64,000 bases of DNA, from positions 32,001-96,000 of the IMG/VR virus record IMGVR_UViG_3300029288_000075; one strand, written 5' to 3'. The stretch is from a virus. Taxonomy: Duplodnaviria; Caudoviricetes. The translations under genes and the position numbers were made by a program. Positions 9,586 to 19,942 of the stretch are shown here, in pieces. The notes under the pieces were generated by a model. It worked only from the letters and a program-made list of their open reading frames with translations. It did not search any database and was not told the DNA's origin. Within the stretch, counting starts at the first letter, position 1; the number at the start of each line of letters is the position of its first letter.

Positions 9586-10116
9586 CTAGTCTCTTCTTCC
9601 GAAGGATTCCACATCGAAGAAGTGCGCCACGGTATGCCCTGCTGATTTGCCGAGCGACCGTAGTACTTCAAGCCCAAGTCGCTTTAGCAGACCGCCACCG
9701 TTCACGGGCTCTCTGGTGGTGAGATACTGAGGCATCCCGTAGTTCACTGGCACCGCCTGCGGCAACCCTACCTGCTGGTATTGCTGCGGGTGATGCTGCG
9801 CTTGTATTGCCTGCTGCTGCGGTAAGTACCCCGGGCGGTAAGGCTGTGCTGTAGCAGCTGGTGGGGTGAACGTGGTGGAAGGTCGCACCAGGCTCTGCTG
9901 TGGAACCACGTTGCTGCCATGCACTGCTGCCTGCGTCCTTACCGCGCAGGAAGACATCATGTCGCACTTTGGTCTTCTGAGCTCTCCTGTTTTTGCTGAA
10001 TAGGCCGGGTCATCCCCACCTGTGCATTCCAAGGCCGTGGCATCAAACTTCTTGCCGAAGCACTTCGGCACGTCTTCTTCGTCGTTGTCTTGTCTCATCT
10101 GGCTGAGCTTGAACAA
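9586..10116 (-). CDS. Hypothetical Cys-motif, Gln-rich protein
   Basis: CFGK..EC..KC..SSC N-terminus, Q/P-rich middle; AGGAGG upstream; first gene of the replication operon. Confidence 0.65.
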   Translation of the reverse strand: MFKLSQMRQDNDEEDVPKCFGKKFDATALECTGGDDPAYSAKTGELRRPKCDMMSSCAVRTQAAVHGSNVVPQQSLVRPSTTFTPPAATAQPYRPGYLPQQQAIQAQHHPQQYQQVGLPQAVPVNYGMPQYLTTREPVNGGGLLKRLGLEVLRSLGKSAGHTVAHFFDVESFGRRD

Positions 10117-10228
10117 GAGGCCTCCTGACTTAGGCGGTATGCCTATGCCTCAATTCTCTTTTGCCCTGCGCTATTGCCAATTTGCAGGCCGCAGTTCCGC
10201 AAAGGGGTTGTGTCTAGTATTCTGACGG

Positions 10229-10237
10229 TGCTACAAC
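10229..10237 (+). promoter_or_regulatory. Extended -10-like element (TGCTACAAC) ahead of the structural operon
   Basis: Similar elements recur before several plus-strand genes. Confidence 0.4.
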
Positions 10238-10264
10238 TAGCCAGTCGCGCACTGAGAGGCACCG

Positions 10265-11704
10265 ATGAAAACCGCAGGACTCGTTCTAGACCTATACGAC
10301 TCCCCAAAGGACATCAAGCACATCTTCCCCACGCTGGACGATGTACCTGCCCAGATCAAGGAGGCACAGGTTCTTTCCTCTGTCGAGTTGGAAGGCCTGC
10401 CTGACCACCTATTTGCCTTGGTGCTTGACAATGGGGATGCGCCGTTGCGCAAGTACGCCTGCGTAGATGCGGGGGGCACGCTGCTGAACGTAGGGTACTT
10501 CCTGATGCACGGGCACAAGCTTCCTGAGGAGGCACAGAAGGTAGCAGCGCAGAACTTGCAGGTAGCGTGTGGATGGTACGGGTTGGAGCCTCCCGATGAG
10601 TTGTGCAAAGTGGCATTGGGATTGAACACGTTGCTGACAGCGGCGATGGCCCCATCGCTGGTCAAGGGCACAAGCCAGCAGATTGGTAACAATCTGGCAG
10701 GGCTTCAGGCGTCTTCGGGACACGTGATGCCGCTGGGCCAGCAGAGTGCCGCGGGCAGTATGTTGAAGGGCGCAGAGGCGACTGGGTCATCGTTGTTGCC
10801 CGCGCAGGACCCGGGAGACTTGGTAGCTGCGACGGAACGTGGAAAGCCAGGTAGCAGCAACACTAGTGCGGCCAAGTCAGCAAGTACTGGGCACTTGGTA
10901 CCGGGGCATGGTGGAGAAAAAGGCACGGAGCTCGAGCAGGCTTTCGGGGTTGCCAAGGAACAGTACGAAGAGGCCCCGCAGCTGCCCGCGCAGAAGATGT
11001 CCCCTCATGTGGACGTTCGGGGCAAGGAACCGCCCAAGAAGTTGGAGAAGGAAGCTAGTGTAGGGCTGTTTCCTCTCGATAACTATGCGCAGGTGCAAGA
11101 GGCAGTCAGGTATGCCGAGGATAACAAGGATGTGCTTCCTGCGGAGTTCTTACATGACTTCTCCGTGCCCTTGGTGAAGAGGGCATCGCAGCTGGGGCTG
11201 CCTTTGAGTGATGAGCTGCGCGCCTACGGATCGACCACGTTTGCTCCAGATGAGCAACTGCAGGTCGGTCTTGACACACGTAGACAGCACATGTCCAAGG
11301 AAGCCTGTCTGGCGTTGGATGCGTTGTTCGAACAGCGCGGTTTGCTAGGACCGGATGGCTACTGTCAGTTGCTTCAGCACATCGACAAGACTGCCGGCGT
11401 GGAGTGGTTGTACGGGCGGGCCATCCTCAATCCGCAGCTGTCTACGTATGGCGTCACCAAGACGGCAGCTGACGGTGAGGACACCTGGGTGCATGCGAAT
11501 GACTACATTACTCGTGCCCAGATAGAGAACTTTGGGGTTACCGCAGCCCTTGCACTTCGTGACGACTACGGGGATGAATTCGTGAAGGCCTTTCAAAAAG
11601 AGCCGTGGGCGATGTTCAAGTCCTTGCCATTACCCCAACAAGTACGCATAGCGCGGCGCGCCAGTGACAATAGTGCTACGGGCATGCGAGATGTCCAGGT
11701 TTGA
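10265..11704 (+). CDS. Putative head-associated protein, K-x-A rich
   Basis: First gene of the structural module; 12 K-x-A sites; two copies of a KY/F-P/A-x-x-D type module. Confidence 0.7.
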   Translation: MKTAGLVLDLYDSPKDIKHIFPTLDDVPAQIKEAQVLSSVELEGLPDHLFALVLDNGDAPLRKYACVDAGGTLLNVGYFLMHGHKLPEEAQKVAAQNLQVACGWYGLEPPDELCKVALGLNTLLTAAMAPSLVKGTSQQIGNNLAGLQASSGHVMPLGQQSAAGSMLKGAEATGSSLLPAQDPGDLVAATERGKPGSSNTSAAKSASTGHLVPGHGGEKGTELEQAFGVAKEQYEEAPQLPAQKMSPHVDVRGKEPPKKLEKEASVGLFPLDNYAQVQEAVRYAEDNKDVLPAEFLHDFSVPLVKRASQLGLPLSDELRAYGSTTFAPDEQLQVGLDTRRQHMSKEACLALDALFEQRGLLGPDGYCQLLQHIDKTAGVEWLYGRAILNPQLSTYGVTKTAADGEDTWVHANDYITRAQIENFGVTAALALRDDYGDEFVKAFQKEPWAMFKSLPLPQQVRIARRASDNSATGMRDVQV

Positions 11705-12482
11705 GTCACTGTACGCCCGAGTCCTCGAGCAAGTTCCGCGCAAAGTGCCGGAAGAGGATGACCCCACGGTTGTCGTAGAAACGGCGCAGGGTGATGAGCG
11801 CACCATAGATCCCGCCGCGATGGTGCACAGGCCTACAAAGGTGGCGGGGGTTACTCGAGATACGCTGTGGAGGTCCCCGGAGGCGCACCCAATCGTGCTG
11901 GATTTGGTGATGCTGCGAAAGTACGACTTGGCGTGGCTTGGCTATGAAATTGAGACCATTGCCAGGCTGATTCGGGAGGACTTCGGTACCCCCACCGTTG
12001 CTGATGTGAACTTGGAGAAGCTGCAAGCGTGCAAGACGCTACATCTCGTGGATGACTTCTGGTCCAGGTGGGAGGTATTTTTGCCCTGCGCGATGGCTTT
12101 CAACAGCCAGCTGGCAGACTTTCATAGCATGCAGGTACCAACTGTGGCGGAGTGCTTGGTAGCAGTGGACATAGCCAACAGGCTGCGCGATGACTGCAGC
12201 TGGAGTGCTGAGATCAAGGGCTACCTTGGCGCCGTGCACACGTTTGACAGTGAGCTTTGTCCGCAGGAGCCTTTGACCTTTGTGTCGGTGCCAACGGAGG
12301 ATCTGTCTGTGGATGTTGCTGAGGTACGCCGCAGATGGCCCATCGTGCGTGCAGCAGGGCAGATCCCTAAAGGGGACACCTTGGAAGACGAGCAGCTGCG
12401 CAAGATGCTAGGCTCTTGGGTGTACCTGGAAGCCATGCGCAGTCGGCTTCAATCTCAGCTGGTGGTTTTGAACGATGTCTGA
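11691..12482 (+). CDS. Hypothetical virion-module protein
   Basis: ATG 11691 overlaps the previous gene end. Confidence 0.7.
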   Translation: MSRFESLYARVLEQVPRKVPEEDDPTVVVETAQGDERTIDPAAMVHRPTKVAGVTRDTLWRSPEAHPIVLDLVMLRKYDLAWLGYEIETIARLIREDFGTPTVADVNLEKLQACKTLHLVDDFWSRWEVFLPCAMAFNSQLADFHSMQVPTVAECLVAVDIANRLRDDCSWSAEIKGYLGAVHTFDSELCPQEPLTFVSVPTEDLSVDVAEVRRRWPIVRAAGQIPKGDTLEDEQLRKMLGSWVYLEAMRSRLQSQLVVLNDV

Positions 12483-13641
12483 CCCCAACCCAACGCTGCT
12501 TGTACTTGCTGCTTTCGTCGATGAGCTAGCCAAGGAGGCTGCGGTGGCTGACGTCGCCCGCAGGGCGTTATCTCGAGGGGTCTTGCATGGGGTGGGCGCG
12601 GGCGCGGGTGGCGGCCTGGGTCTTGGCATAGGGGCGGGGGCGCTAGCCGGCGGGACGTTGAGCGGGGTTCAACGGTATCGTCAGGCCCGAGAGCAGGGGA
12701 ATAGCTTGGTGTCCTCGCTGGGGTCGGCTGCGGGCGGCGCGGCGCGCGGCGCGCTGCTGGGTGGTGCTGTCGGCGGCGTGGCAGGTACCGGGCTGGGTGC
12801 CGTAGCAGGGGGTGTTGCGCCTACAAAGGTGATCTCTGCCACCAAGAATTTGGCTAAAAGGCAGGATTCCGTAGGATCTTTCTCGCGGTTCGGGCAGCGG
12901 CAGGTTCACAGCCTAACCGGTTGGAAGCCAGGAGGGGCGACGTCGTCCATTGAGTCGATTGGAGCGGGCGCGGCGCCCGCCAGGGCGGCAACCGAGCAAT
13001 CCTTGGAAAAGCTGAAGTCCTCCCCCGAGATGGATGGTGTGGTGAAGGCAGTAGCTTCTGGAGATCGGAGAGCGTCCGACGTGGCTCGAGAAGCTCTTCG
13101 AAAAGGGCCCCAAGCAGAATTGACGGGTACCTTGAAGCGACTGCAAGCGTCAGAAGCCACTCAGCGGATGGGGCTCACCAGCCTTCCTGGTTACGCCAAG
13201 TCGATTCAACGGGAAGGCCTTGTGCCGACGGTGAGGGCCGGCGTGAAAGAGCAATGGCAGGCCAGTGGTCCTAAAGGCAAGGCGATGATGGTTGGCTTTC
13301 CGGCGTTGTATGCGGCACAGACGCTGAAGAGACCCGAGGGTTCGGAGCAGGGTAGGGGTGAAACCATCGGGAAGATGGTGGGTGGAACACTGGGATCCAT
13401 GGCGGCGCCCACGCCGCTGGCAGGCAGTTTAGCGCTTGGGGCTGGCTTCGAACGTGCAGGCGGGTTGGTAGGAAGAGGTGTGGACAGGCTGCGCGGTAGG
13501 CGGCCTGGGCAGGCACAGCGGCCGCAGGTGCCGCAGGAACCGTCGCGCCCGCCGGCAACTGAACCTGGTGACACAGGCCAGGCGGCTGTTGAGCGGGTGT
13601 ACGGTACCGGCTACGGTGGTGGTGCAGGAGGATTGGAGTAG
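12475..13641 (+). CDS. Glycine-zipper protein, putative internal virion/ejection protein
   Basis: AFVDELAKEAA leader followed by multiple GxxxG hydrophobic helices; directly upstream of the portal. Confidence 0.6.
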   Translation: MSDPNPTLLVLAAFVDELAKEAAVADVARRALSRGVLHGVGAGAGGGLGLGIGAGALAGGTLSGVQRYRQAREQGNSLVSSLGSAAGGAARGALLGGAVGGVAGTGLGAVAGGVAPTKVISATKNLAKRQDSVGSFSRFGQRQVHSLTGWKPGGATSSIESIGAGAAPARAATEQSLEKLKSSPEMDGVVKAVASGDRRASDVAREALRKGPQAELTGTLKRLQASEATQRMGLTSLPGYAKSIQREGLVPTVRAGVKEQWQASGPKGKAMMVGFPALYAAQTLKRPEGSEQGRGETIGKMVGGTLGSMAAPTPLAGSLALGAGFERAGGLVGRGVDRLRGRRPGQAQRPQVPQEPSRPPATEPGDTGQAAVERVYGTGYGGGAGGLE

Positions 13642-13644
13642 CCC

Positions 13645-15678
13645 ATGAGTATCCCTGGTTCGTTGATGATGGGTGGCGCCGGCAGCGGTTCTCGTTTTGT
13701 ACAGACCCGTGGGCGCATGGGAAATGGCTACAGCCAGGGGGTCAACTACCCGAGCCCGTTCTTCGACATCGCTCACACGTACTTGCCCATCACCATCAAG
13801 TCGATGCTGCGGTGGTGCCGTTACTACTTTCTGACGAATCCCATCATCAACGCCACAGTCACCAAGTTGGCGGAGTACCCCATTACGGAAATCATGATCG
13901 ACCATCCCGAGAAGCGGGTGGCGGACAAGTGGAAGGAGTACTTCGAAGACCATCTGAACTACCGCGCATTCCAGATTGAGTGTGGCCTTGACTACCATAC
14001 CTACGGGAATTGCCTGTCTAGCTTGAGCTTTCCTTTCAAGAAGTACCTGACGTGTGCTCAATGCGGGTTTCAAGCTGAAGCAAAGCGGATTCGTCCCCAT
14101 TGGGTTTTCACCAATTACGAGTACCGACTGAGTTGTCCCAAGTGCGGCAATCTAGGCACCGCTCGAGCACGTGACGTCTACCTCAAGAGCGAGGATGGTG
14201 TGCAGGTGATGCGGTGGAACCCGGAGGATGTAGAGATTACGTACTCTGCGCTCACGGGGGAGCACACGTACTTCTACAACATACCTGCGTCGGTGCGTAA
14301 CGATGTCATCATAGGTAAGAAGGACGCGGTAGAACAGGTCCCTGAGGTGTTTATTCAGGCGTTGCGCCAGCAGAAGGGTGTTGTATTTTCGAAGGACTTG
14401 TTCTTTCACCTGCGTCGGCCGACGCTGGCTGACCAGGATCGCGGGTGGGGTATTCCTCTGCTTCTTCCCTGTCTGAAAGACACGTTCTACCTGCAGATCA
14501 TGAAGAAGGCGCAAGAGGCCATTCTGCTCGAGCACATTGTTCCTCTGCGCACAATTTCTCCGCAAGCGGGCTCTGGTACCTCTGACCCGTATACCACCAT
14601 CAACCTGGTGGATTGGCGTGATCATGTAGCTACGGAAATTGCGCGTTGGCGCATGGACCCGAACTACATTCCCATCCTGCCGCTGCCCATCTCTAGCCAG
14701 ACCATTGGCGGGGATGGTCGTGCGCTTCTGTTGATCCAGGAGATGCAGGCCATCAGCGAGAACCTCATCAACGGTATGCAGGTTCCGCTCGAGTTCATCA
14801 AAGGTGGCTTGAGCTACGCCGGTACGAATGTGTCGATGCGTATGCTCGAGAACCAGTTCATCATCTACCTGTCGCGGCACAAGCGGCAAGCGCAGTGGGT
14901 GATGCGTAGCGTGGCCGACTACTTAGGGTGGCCGTTGGCTTCCATTCGTTTCAAGCCGTTCAAGATGGCCGACGACATCCAACGTAAGGCCTTCTTGTTC
15001 CAGCTCAACCAAGCCAACAAGGTCAGCGAAACGACATTGCTGGCTGATTCGGATTTGGATCAGGACCGTGAGAATCAGATCATGGAGCGCGAGACGGCGC
15101 AGCGGATCCGTGCAACGGAGAAGCAGCAGCTGGCCACGGCTGAATTGCAGGGCAGGCAGCAAGTTATCATGATGAAGATGCAGGCCAAGGCACAGCAGGA
15201 GATGCAGGCAGCCATGGCTGCCCCCAATGCCCCAGGAGAACCTGGTGGCCCTGCTAGTGGAGCAGCAGCGCCAGGAGGACAGGGCGGCGCTGACGTCATG
15301 CCCAGCAATCCAATGGCGGCTATGCAGAGTCCTCTCAACTCGACCCAGGATATGGGCTTGGGGCATAGCCAACAGCCAGGGCAACAGGCGCAGATGGGTG
15401 GCACTGATATCGTGTTGATGGCGCAGACCTACGCGCAGCAGCTATCTCAGATGAACGCTGCGCAGCAGCTGATCGCCCTCAAGAACTTGCGAACGCAGTC
15501 TCCAGAGTTGGCGGACTTGGTGATGCAGTACTTGCGCAGCATGCCGCGGTCGGTAAACGAGCCTTCTATGCCCGCTGCAAACTCTCAGATGGGGGCGGCC
15601 GGCGCCGCGGCGCAAGAAGTGGATATGACACCGCAGCCAGAGAAGCTTCCGCCAAGACGTGCGGCGGGCATGGTGTGA
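13645..15678 (+). CDS. Portal protein with Zn-ribbon insertion and Q/M/A-rich tail
   Basis: NPIINATVTKLAEYP, DYHTYGNC, FFHLRR...GWGIPLL pattern of HK97/T4-like portals; size and context. Confidence 0.75.
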   Translation: MSIPGSLMMGGAGSGSRFVQTRGRMGNGYSQGVNYPSPFFDIAHTYLPITIKSMLRWCRYYFLTNPIINATVTKLAEYPITEIMIDHPEKRVADKWKEYFEDHLNYRAFQIECGLDYHTYGNCLSSLSFPFKKYLTCAQCGFQAEAKRIRPHWVFTNYEYRLSCPKCGNLGTARARDVYLKSEDGVQVMRWNPEDVEITYSALTGEHTYFYNIPASVRNDVIIGKKDAVEQVPEVFIQALRQQKGVVFSKDLFFHLRRPTLADQDRGWGIPLLLPCLKDTFYLQIMKKAQEAILLEHIVPLRTISPQAGSGTSDPYTTINLVDWRDHVATEIARWRMDPNYIPILPLPISSQTIGGDGRALLLIQEMQAISENLINGMQVPLEFIKGGLSYAGTNVSMRMLENQFIIYLSRHKRQAQWVMRSVADYLGWPLASIRFKPFKMADDIQRKAFLFQLNQANKVSETTLLADSDLDQDRENQIMERETAQRIRATEKQQLATAELQGRQQVIMMKMQAKAQQEMQAAMAAPNAPGEPGGPASGAAAPGGQGGADVMPSNPMAAMQSPLNSTQDMGLGHSQQPGQQAQMGGTDIVLMAQTYAQQLSQMNAAQQLIALKNLRTQSPELADLVMQYLRSMPRSVNEPSMPAANSQMGAAGAAAQEVDMTPQPEKLPPRRAAGMV

Positions 15679-15685
15679 TCTAGGG

Positions 15686-15720
15686 GCTAAGAAAAGACCC
15701 TCGCGAGATGGTCTTTTCTC
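15686..15720. terminator. Bidirectional terminator between convergent genes
   Basis: AGAAAAGACC-N11-GGTCTTTTCT inverted repeat; minus strand ends TTTTCTTAGC. Confidence 0.7.
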
Positions 15721-15745
15721 CCATCCCCTGCGGGATGGTTCTTGC

Positions 15746-15985
15746 TCAGTTGCCGGCAGCTTGCGCTTGCACCTGTGGGGCTTGCGCTTGCATGGGCTGC
15801 GAGGCAACCAGCTTGTTGTACTCGCTCCGCGTGATGATCTTACCGTCAGGCAGGACGTGGAATTGTTGTGCCGCATGCGCCTTGATACCGGAGCGCTTAC
15901 CCATGACGAATGCCGTGGAGCCGATGACGGCTGCGGTCGCTACGGAGCCAGCGGAGATGAGTGAGATGGTCCAGAAACGGGTCAT
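15746..15985 (-). CDS. Small membrane-anchored protein
   Basis: N-terminal hydrophobic helix; AAGGA RBS; GGGATAAG motif upstream. Confidence 0.65.
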   Translation of the reverse strand: MTRFWTISLISAGSVATAAVIGSTAFVMGKRSGIKAHAAQQFHVLPDGKIITRSEYNKLVASQPMQAQAPQVQAQAAGN

Positions 15986-16028
15986 AGTATTTCCTTTGCT
16001 GGTAAGCCGCAAGTGGCTGTACCTTCCT

Positions 16029-16044
16029 CTACCTTTCTTATCCC
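16029..16044 (-). promoter_or_regulatory. Putative phage promoter GGGATAAGAAAGGTAG
   Basis: Identical 16-mer at 35979-35994; both are intergenic and upstream of minus-strand genes. Confidence 0.6.
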
Positions 16045-16057
16045 TGGTTTTTGGCTA

Positions 16058-17401
16058 TTATTTCAGGAAGATGGTCTGTCCCCACGCCGCGGGCTTTGTG
16101 CGTGACGTAGGCACGATGCACCAGATCACCTCCATGTTGGTAGGCGGTTCTTCAGGTACCGTACCGTCACCGTCTGTGATGTAGATGAGCATGTCTGGTC
16201 GAGGCATGGCCTTGCATGCTTGTGCTATTGGCTGCCTGAAGTCCGTACCTCCACGCCCGTGTATTTCCATCTGGTACAAGTCCGCTGAGCACACCAGTGT
16301 TGGTTCCCGTTGTATTTTGGTGTCTGCCTCGAGGTAGTACACCTGCGAAGTGCCAGTTTGGTCGATGACGTCGGCGCAAACGCGCAGTGCGGCGCCCAGC
16401 TCAGGCTTGCCCATGGACAAGGAACTGTCCACTACTAGCCAGAGGCAGGGGTCGTAGTCAACCAGTCCAGGTAGCATGAACCCGCGGAGGTAAGACCGCT
16501 TTGACGGACGTTTGCGGCTGTAGTCAGAGCCGCCTACCCGAATGTGGTCTATGGTTTGGCTGGTGACTTCAGCCAGCAGCGATTCCCAAGGAACGTTGAA
16601 GGTTTCGTCGCTGGCGATGATGAGCTCGGACCAGATACCGGGGGCATTATCCCTACCGGTAGCTTGCAGGTGGTCTTTGATAGCCTGCGAGGTGAGTCTT
16701 ACGATGTGTCTCTTGTAGGCGTCAGAGCGACCTCCGTTCTTCTCTGCATTTTTGGCTGCTTCGAGCGCCTCAGATGTCGAAGCGCTAGATACGCCACCGC
16801 AGCAGCCAGCCATGAATTTGTTGTGGTGTTTTCCAGACTGGCCTTCTTGGTCGTTGCCGTCACCTGCTTCGCCTGAATCTCCGGCAGTACTTTTCTGCTT
16901 CTGTTCCTTCTCGTGCTGTTTCAGCCTGCGGTAGTACTCGTCCGCGGTAAGTCCGTTTGGCCATGCGTACTGCGCAGGAAGTACTGCCCAGTCAGGAAAT
17001 AGCCAAAGAGGTCGTTCTTCCGTGTTGGGGCCGCTGCTGTTCTTGAGTCGTACGGTGCGCTTTTGCTCCACCATCACACCGTTGATGAACAGGTCGCACG
17101 CCAAGAAAAAGGTCTGCGTATCTGGATAGCGCAGCCCTCTCTTCACATGCTCGAGCTGCACATGAAGGCACTCGTGAGCCAATCCGGTGGCCACAATTTG
17201 GGGATCTTCTGTAGCCACCCAGGCAGGGTCGTAGAGAAGCACAAGTTGCTCAGTTACGGCCATAGGGCCCTTGGCTATTTGCATCATGTGCTCGACTGGC
17301 GTTGGTATCAACGCGTAGAGTGTCGGGCTTAGGTATGGTGCAAACTGTCGGACAATCGCCCGCGCCAAGGGCAGCGCGGGCGACATATCTTGGTACGTCA
17401 T
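16058..17401 (-). CDS. HExxH metallopeptidase-like + VWA domain protein (DUF2201-like)
   Basis: AHECLH; MIDAS-like VVDSSLSM; GRGGTDF; IYITDG. Confidence 0.85.
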   Translation of the reverse strand: MTYQDMSPALPLARAIVRQFAPYLSPTLYALIPTPVEHMMQIAKGPMAVTEQLVLLYDPAWVATEDPQIVATGLAHECLHVQLEHVKRGLRYPDTQTFFLACDLFINGVMVEQKRTVRLKNSSGPNTEERPLWLFPDWAVLPAQYAWPNGLTADEYYRRLKQHEKEQKQKSTAGDSGEAGDGNDQEGQSGKHHNKFMAGCCGGVSSASTSEALEAAKNAEKNGGRSDAYKRHIVRLTSQAIKDHLQATGRDNAPGIWSELIIASDETFNVPWESLLAEVTSQTIDHIRVGGSDYSRKRPSKRSYLRGFMLPGLVDYDPCLWLVVDSSLSMGKPELGAALRVCADVIDQTGTSQVYYLEADTKIQREPTLVCSADLYQMEIHGRGGTDFRQPIAQACKAMPRPDMLIYITDGDGTVPEEPPTNMEVIWCIVPTSRTKPAAWGQTIFLK

Positions 17402-18681
17402 AGTTGCTCTTCCAAGAACTTGTTCAAGCCACCCTTAGCTAGCGGCACTATCACTTTCTGTGCTGCCTGCGCGACTGCCTTGTCCTGGCACTTCATGCCT
17501 AGACGCTGCGTGATCATGCTTTCAGCGTATGGCACTACGATGTCCGCCAAGTTTGCAGTTTGTAGTCGGCCGAGAGCTGCCCACATCAAGGGGGCCAGTT
17601 CTACTTTTTCCTCCATGGTGCTGCGTTGTCGCAGATACGAGGCAGCGCTGGCGTAGGCCATCACAACGATGTCCAGGCGATCCTTGTCAGGCTGCCATGT
17701 GCCGTCTAGCACGGCCATTGGCTCTGGCATGTCTGCTGTTTGAAGAAAGGTGGATAGCGTGGCTGCAGGTCCTTGCCCTACGCAGCATTCCACCAGCGTG
17801 TCACGCACCAGCTCAGATTTGCCAAGAATGGAGCAGGTGGTCCAGAGCCTGCCGGCGAAGTCCCACGTTCTAGAGGAAGGCCAGGCCTTGCTGCTTCTTG
17901 GGTCTGTTGCGGCAGGTTCCTGGTTGAACAGGGTGGGGTTGGATTTCAAGAAGGCGGTGATGAGGGAGAACGAGATGGGTTCTGCGTTTTTCCAGTTCTC
18001 CGTGACCATGGCTTCCAGGTTTAGTAGTGAGTGCGAGGAAGTAGCTGACGCGCCAAACATTTTGTAGGAAGTCCACTGCTCCAGCGGAAGGGACGGGTAT
18101 TCGTAGTGTGCAAAGCGCTGAGCCAATGGGGCAGACAGCCGGATGCCATTCGTGGCGATGTGCACTGGATTCTGGGCGGCAACGATGCGTACCTCGTTGG
18201 GTAACCTGGTATCCCCAGAAGCACGTTCGTGAACGAACGCTTGAAGTGCGGTATGCGTGGCCCTGGTACCACCGTTTATCTCGTCCAAGAAGATGATGCC
18301 CCGACCGTGTTCCACCATCTCACGGACCTGCGGTAGTGGACAGATCTGTTTGGCTCCGCCTCTGCCATCCGGGATGAGCACGCTGGCAAAGTCCTCCGGG
18401 GCGTGCTGTGACGCGTATAGGGTGACCAGCCTTTCTTGCATTGCGTCTGATAGCTGTTCAATCTGCGCAGTTTTCGCACTGGCAATCTTGCCCTCGATGA
18501 GTAGTGGGATCCCCCAAATGCACTTGGTGTCTCCTGGGGATCCCTTCATCGGTGTAGCAAAGCAGACCTCGAGCAGGTCTAGCAGCAGCGGTCTTGGACC
18601 AGCTACCGATGGCTGTGCGGTGGTGCGGAGGGCTGATAGGTTTGCTACAGTTTGCTTTCTCTTCATGGCCATTACTTGCAT
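17398..18681 (-). CDS. MoxR-like AAA+ ATPase
   Basis: Walker A GKIASAKT, Walker B IFLDEIN, VAAQNP, LSAPLAQRF, PSSRTW; adjacent VWA partner. Confidence 0.85.
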   Translation of the reverse strand: MQVMAMKRKQTVANLSALRTTAQPSVAGPRPLLLDLLEVCFATPMKGSPGDTKCIWGIPLLIEGKIASAKTAQIEQLSDAMQERLVTLYASQHAPEDFASVLIPDGRGGAKQICPLPQVREMVEHGRGIIFLDEINGGTRATHTALQAFVHERASGDTRLPNEVRIVAAQNPVHIATNGIRLSAPLAQRFAHYEYPSLPLEQWTSYKMFGASATSSHSLLNLEAMVTENWKNAEPISFSLITAFLKSNPTLFNQEPAATDPRSSKAWPSSRTWDFAGRLWTTCSILGKSELVRDTLVECCVGQGPAATLSTFLQTADMPEPMAVLDGTWQPDKDRLDIVVMAYASAASYLRQRSTMEEKVELAPLMWAALGRLQTANLADIVVPYAESMITQRLGMKCQDKAVAQAAQKVIVPLAKGGLNKFLEEQL

Positions 18682-19253
18682 TCTCCAGTGCGATGTACGC
18701 AGGTTGAGTGGTCGCAGGTTCTAGTTCTCCAGCACCGTTCGAATAGTCCGTCCAGACATACGGAGAGTCCAGGCACTGGTTCCACCCCTGTTTTCCAAAT
18801 GGGGGTGTCTCGGCTTTCTTCCAAGTGATTTAGGCAGCCTATGCACACGTGTATTTCGTTGTTCATGCCCACGAACTTGGGCATGTACTCGCGGTGCGGG
18901 TTGCGTTCGGAGTAGTGAAGTTCGCCAAAGGCAGCAGTAGCGAAGGCTTCTCCCTGAAGTATGTCGCTGCCGCAGATGTCACATTCCACTATCCCATCGG
19001 CATCCTCGAGCGGCGGTGAGTCTTCTAGTAGCTCCTTCACTTCTTCAAGGGTCTCTTCCCAGCAGCTGAAGCACCAGAACACCGGTATGTAGCGGAAGTA
19101 CCCGTTCATCTCTAGGACGTCCACCATCTGTAGTCCCGCGTCGGTGTTGACTACGTGCACGATGTGAAATAGAAAGACTTCGTCGGTGAGACCTAGCTCA
19201 TCGCCGCAAGAGGTGCAGTAGATACCAGATCCAACTTCTACCTCTTCCTCCAT
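18672..19253 (-). CDS. Cys-rich acidic protein (multiple CxxC)
   Basis: CTSC, CFSC, CDIC, CIGC plus a C-terminal Cys cluster. Confidence 0.7.
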   Translation of the reverse strand: MEEEVEVGSGIYCTSCGDELGLTDEVFLFHIVHVVNTDAGLQMVDVLEMNGYFRYIPVFWCFSCWEETLEEVKELLEDSPPLEDADGIVECDICGSDILQGEAFATAAFGELHYSERNPHREYMPKFVGMNNEIHVCIGCLNHLEESRDTPIWKTGVEPVPGLSVCLDGLFERCWRTRTCDHSTCVHRTGECK

Positions 19254-19852
19254 AGCCGTGCCCTTTCTCTAGGAGCCGTTCGTTCAATACTGACCCAGCG
19301 GGTTTCTATGGTGGCCATGTTCAAGTCGGGTCCCATGCCTGTGCGCAGGTCTATGTCGTTCAGTAGCAGCATGTTTTCTGCGAAGTCGTTGCCCCTCCCG
19401 TTGTGGATGAGCCGTTCAAATGACAGCCCTGGCTCGAGCATTGAACCGGCTGGATACCTTGCACGCGCTTCTAGCTCACGGTCATACAGGTCATCTAGGA
19501 GGTCGTCATCGTCTACTGCCAGACCAACCCAGTCACGGTCGTTGGTATCCACGTAATCCTGGTCTAGCCACTCGCAGTAGGATCCTGGTGTTGCCATTTG
19601 CAGCAAGACTTCCAGGTCTCTTTGGTTGCAGAAGCTGATGAAACCTTTGTTGTCCACGACCTTGGCACGTACACCGCCAATTGCCCTGCCAATCACAGGC
19701 GTGTACAAGGAGTACACCGACCAGACCCGGTCATCGTGGTGCACGTCGTAGAAGGTTGACCCCAGGATTCCGAGGGTACTTTCTACGATGTGCGTACCGG
19801 GTATAGGAGCCAGTTCGTTTTTCCCCTCGAGGGTGAACGGATTGACAATCAC
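19238..19852 (-). CDS. Hypothetical protein
   Basis: GTG start with GGAGG RBS; operon packing. Confidence 0.65.
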   Translation of the reverse strand: MIVNPFTLEGKNELAPIPGTHIVESTLGILGSTFYDVHHDDRVWSVYSLYTPVIGRAIGGVRAKVVDNKGFISFCNQRDLEVLLQMATPGSYCEWLDQDYVDTNDRDWVGLAVDDDDLLDDLYDRELEARARYPAGSMLEPGLSFERLIHNGRGNDFAENMLLLNDIDLRTGMGPDLNMATIETRWVSIERTAPRERARLWRKR

Positions 19853-19941
19853 GGGTTCCTCCAGATGAGCGAGTCCATCAAGTAGTGGGAGAAGCCGAAG
19901 ATGAACCCTGCGATGAATGCCCAGATGAGGAGCGATTTCAT
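19849..19941 (-). CDS. 30-aa single-TM peptide (MKSLLIWAFIAGFIFGFSHYLMDSLIWRNP)
   Basis: Translated by hand; stop overlaps the next GTG (GTGA). Confidence 0.55.
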   Translation of the reverse strand: MKSLLIWAFIAGFIFGFSHYLMDSLIWRNP

Positions 19942-19942
19942 A

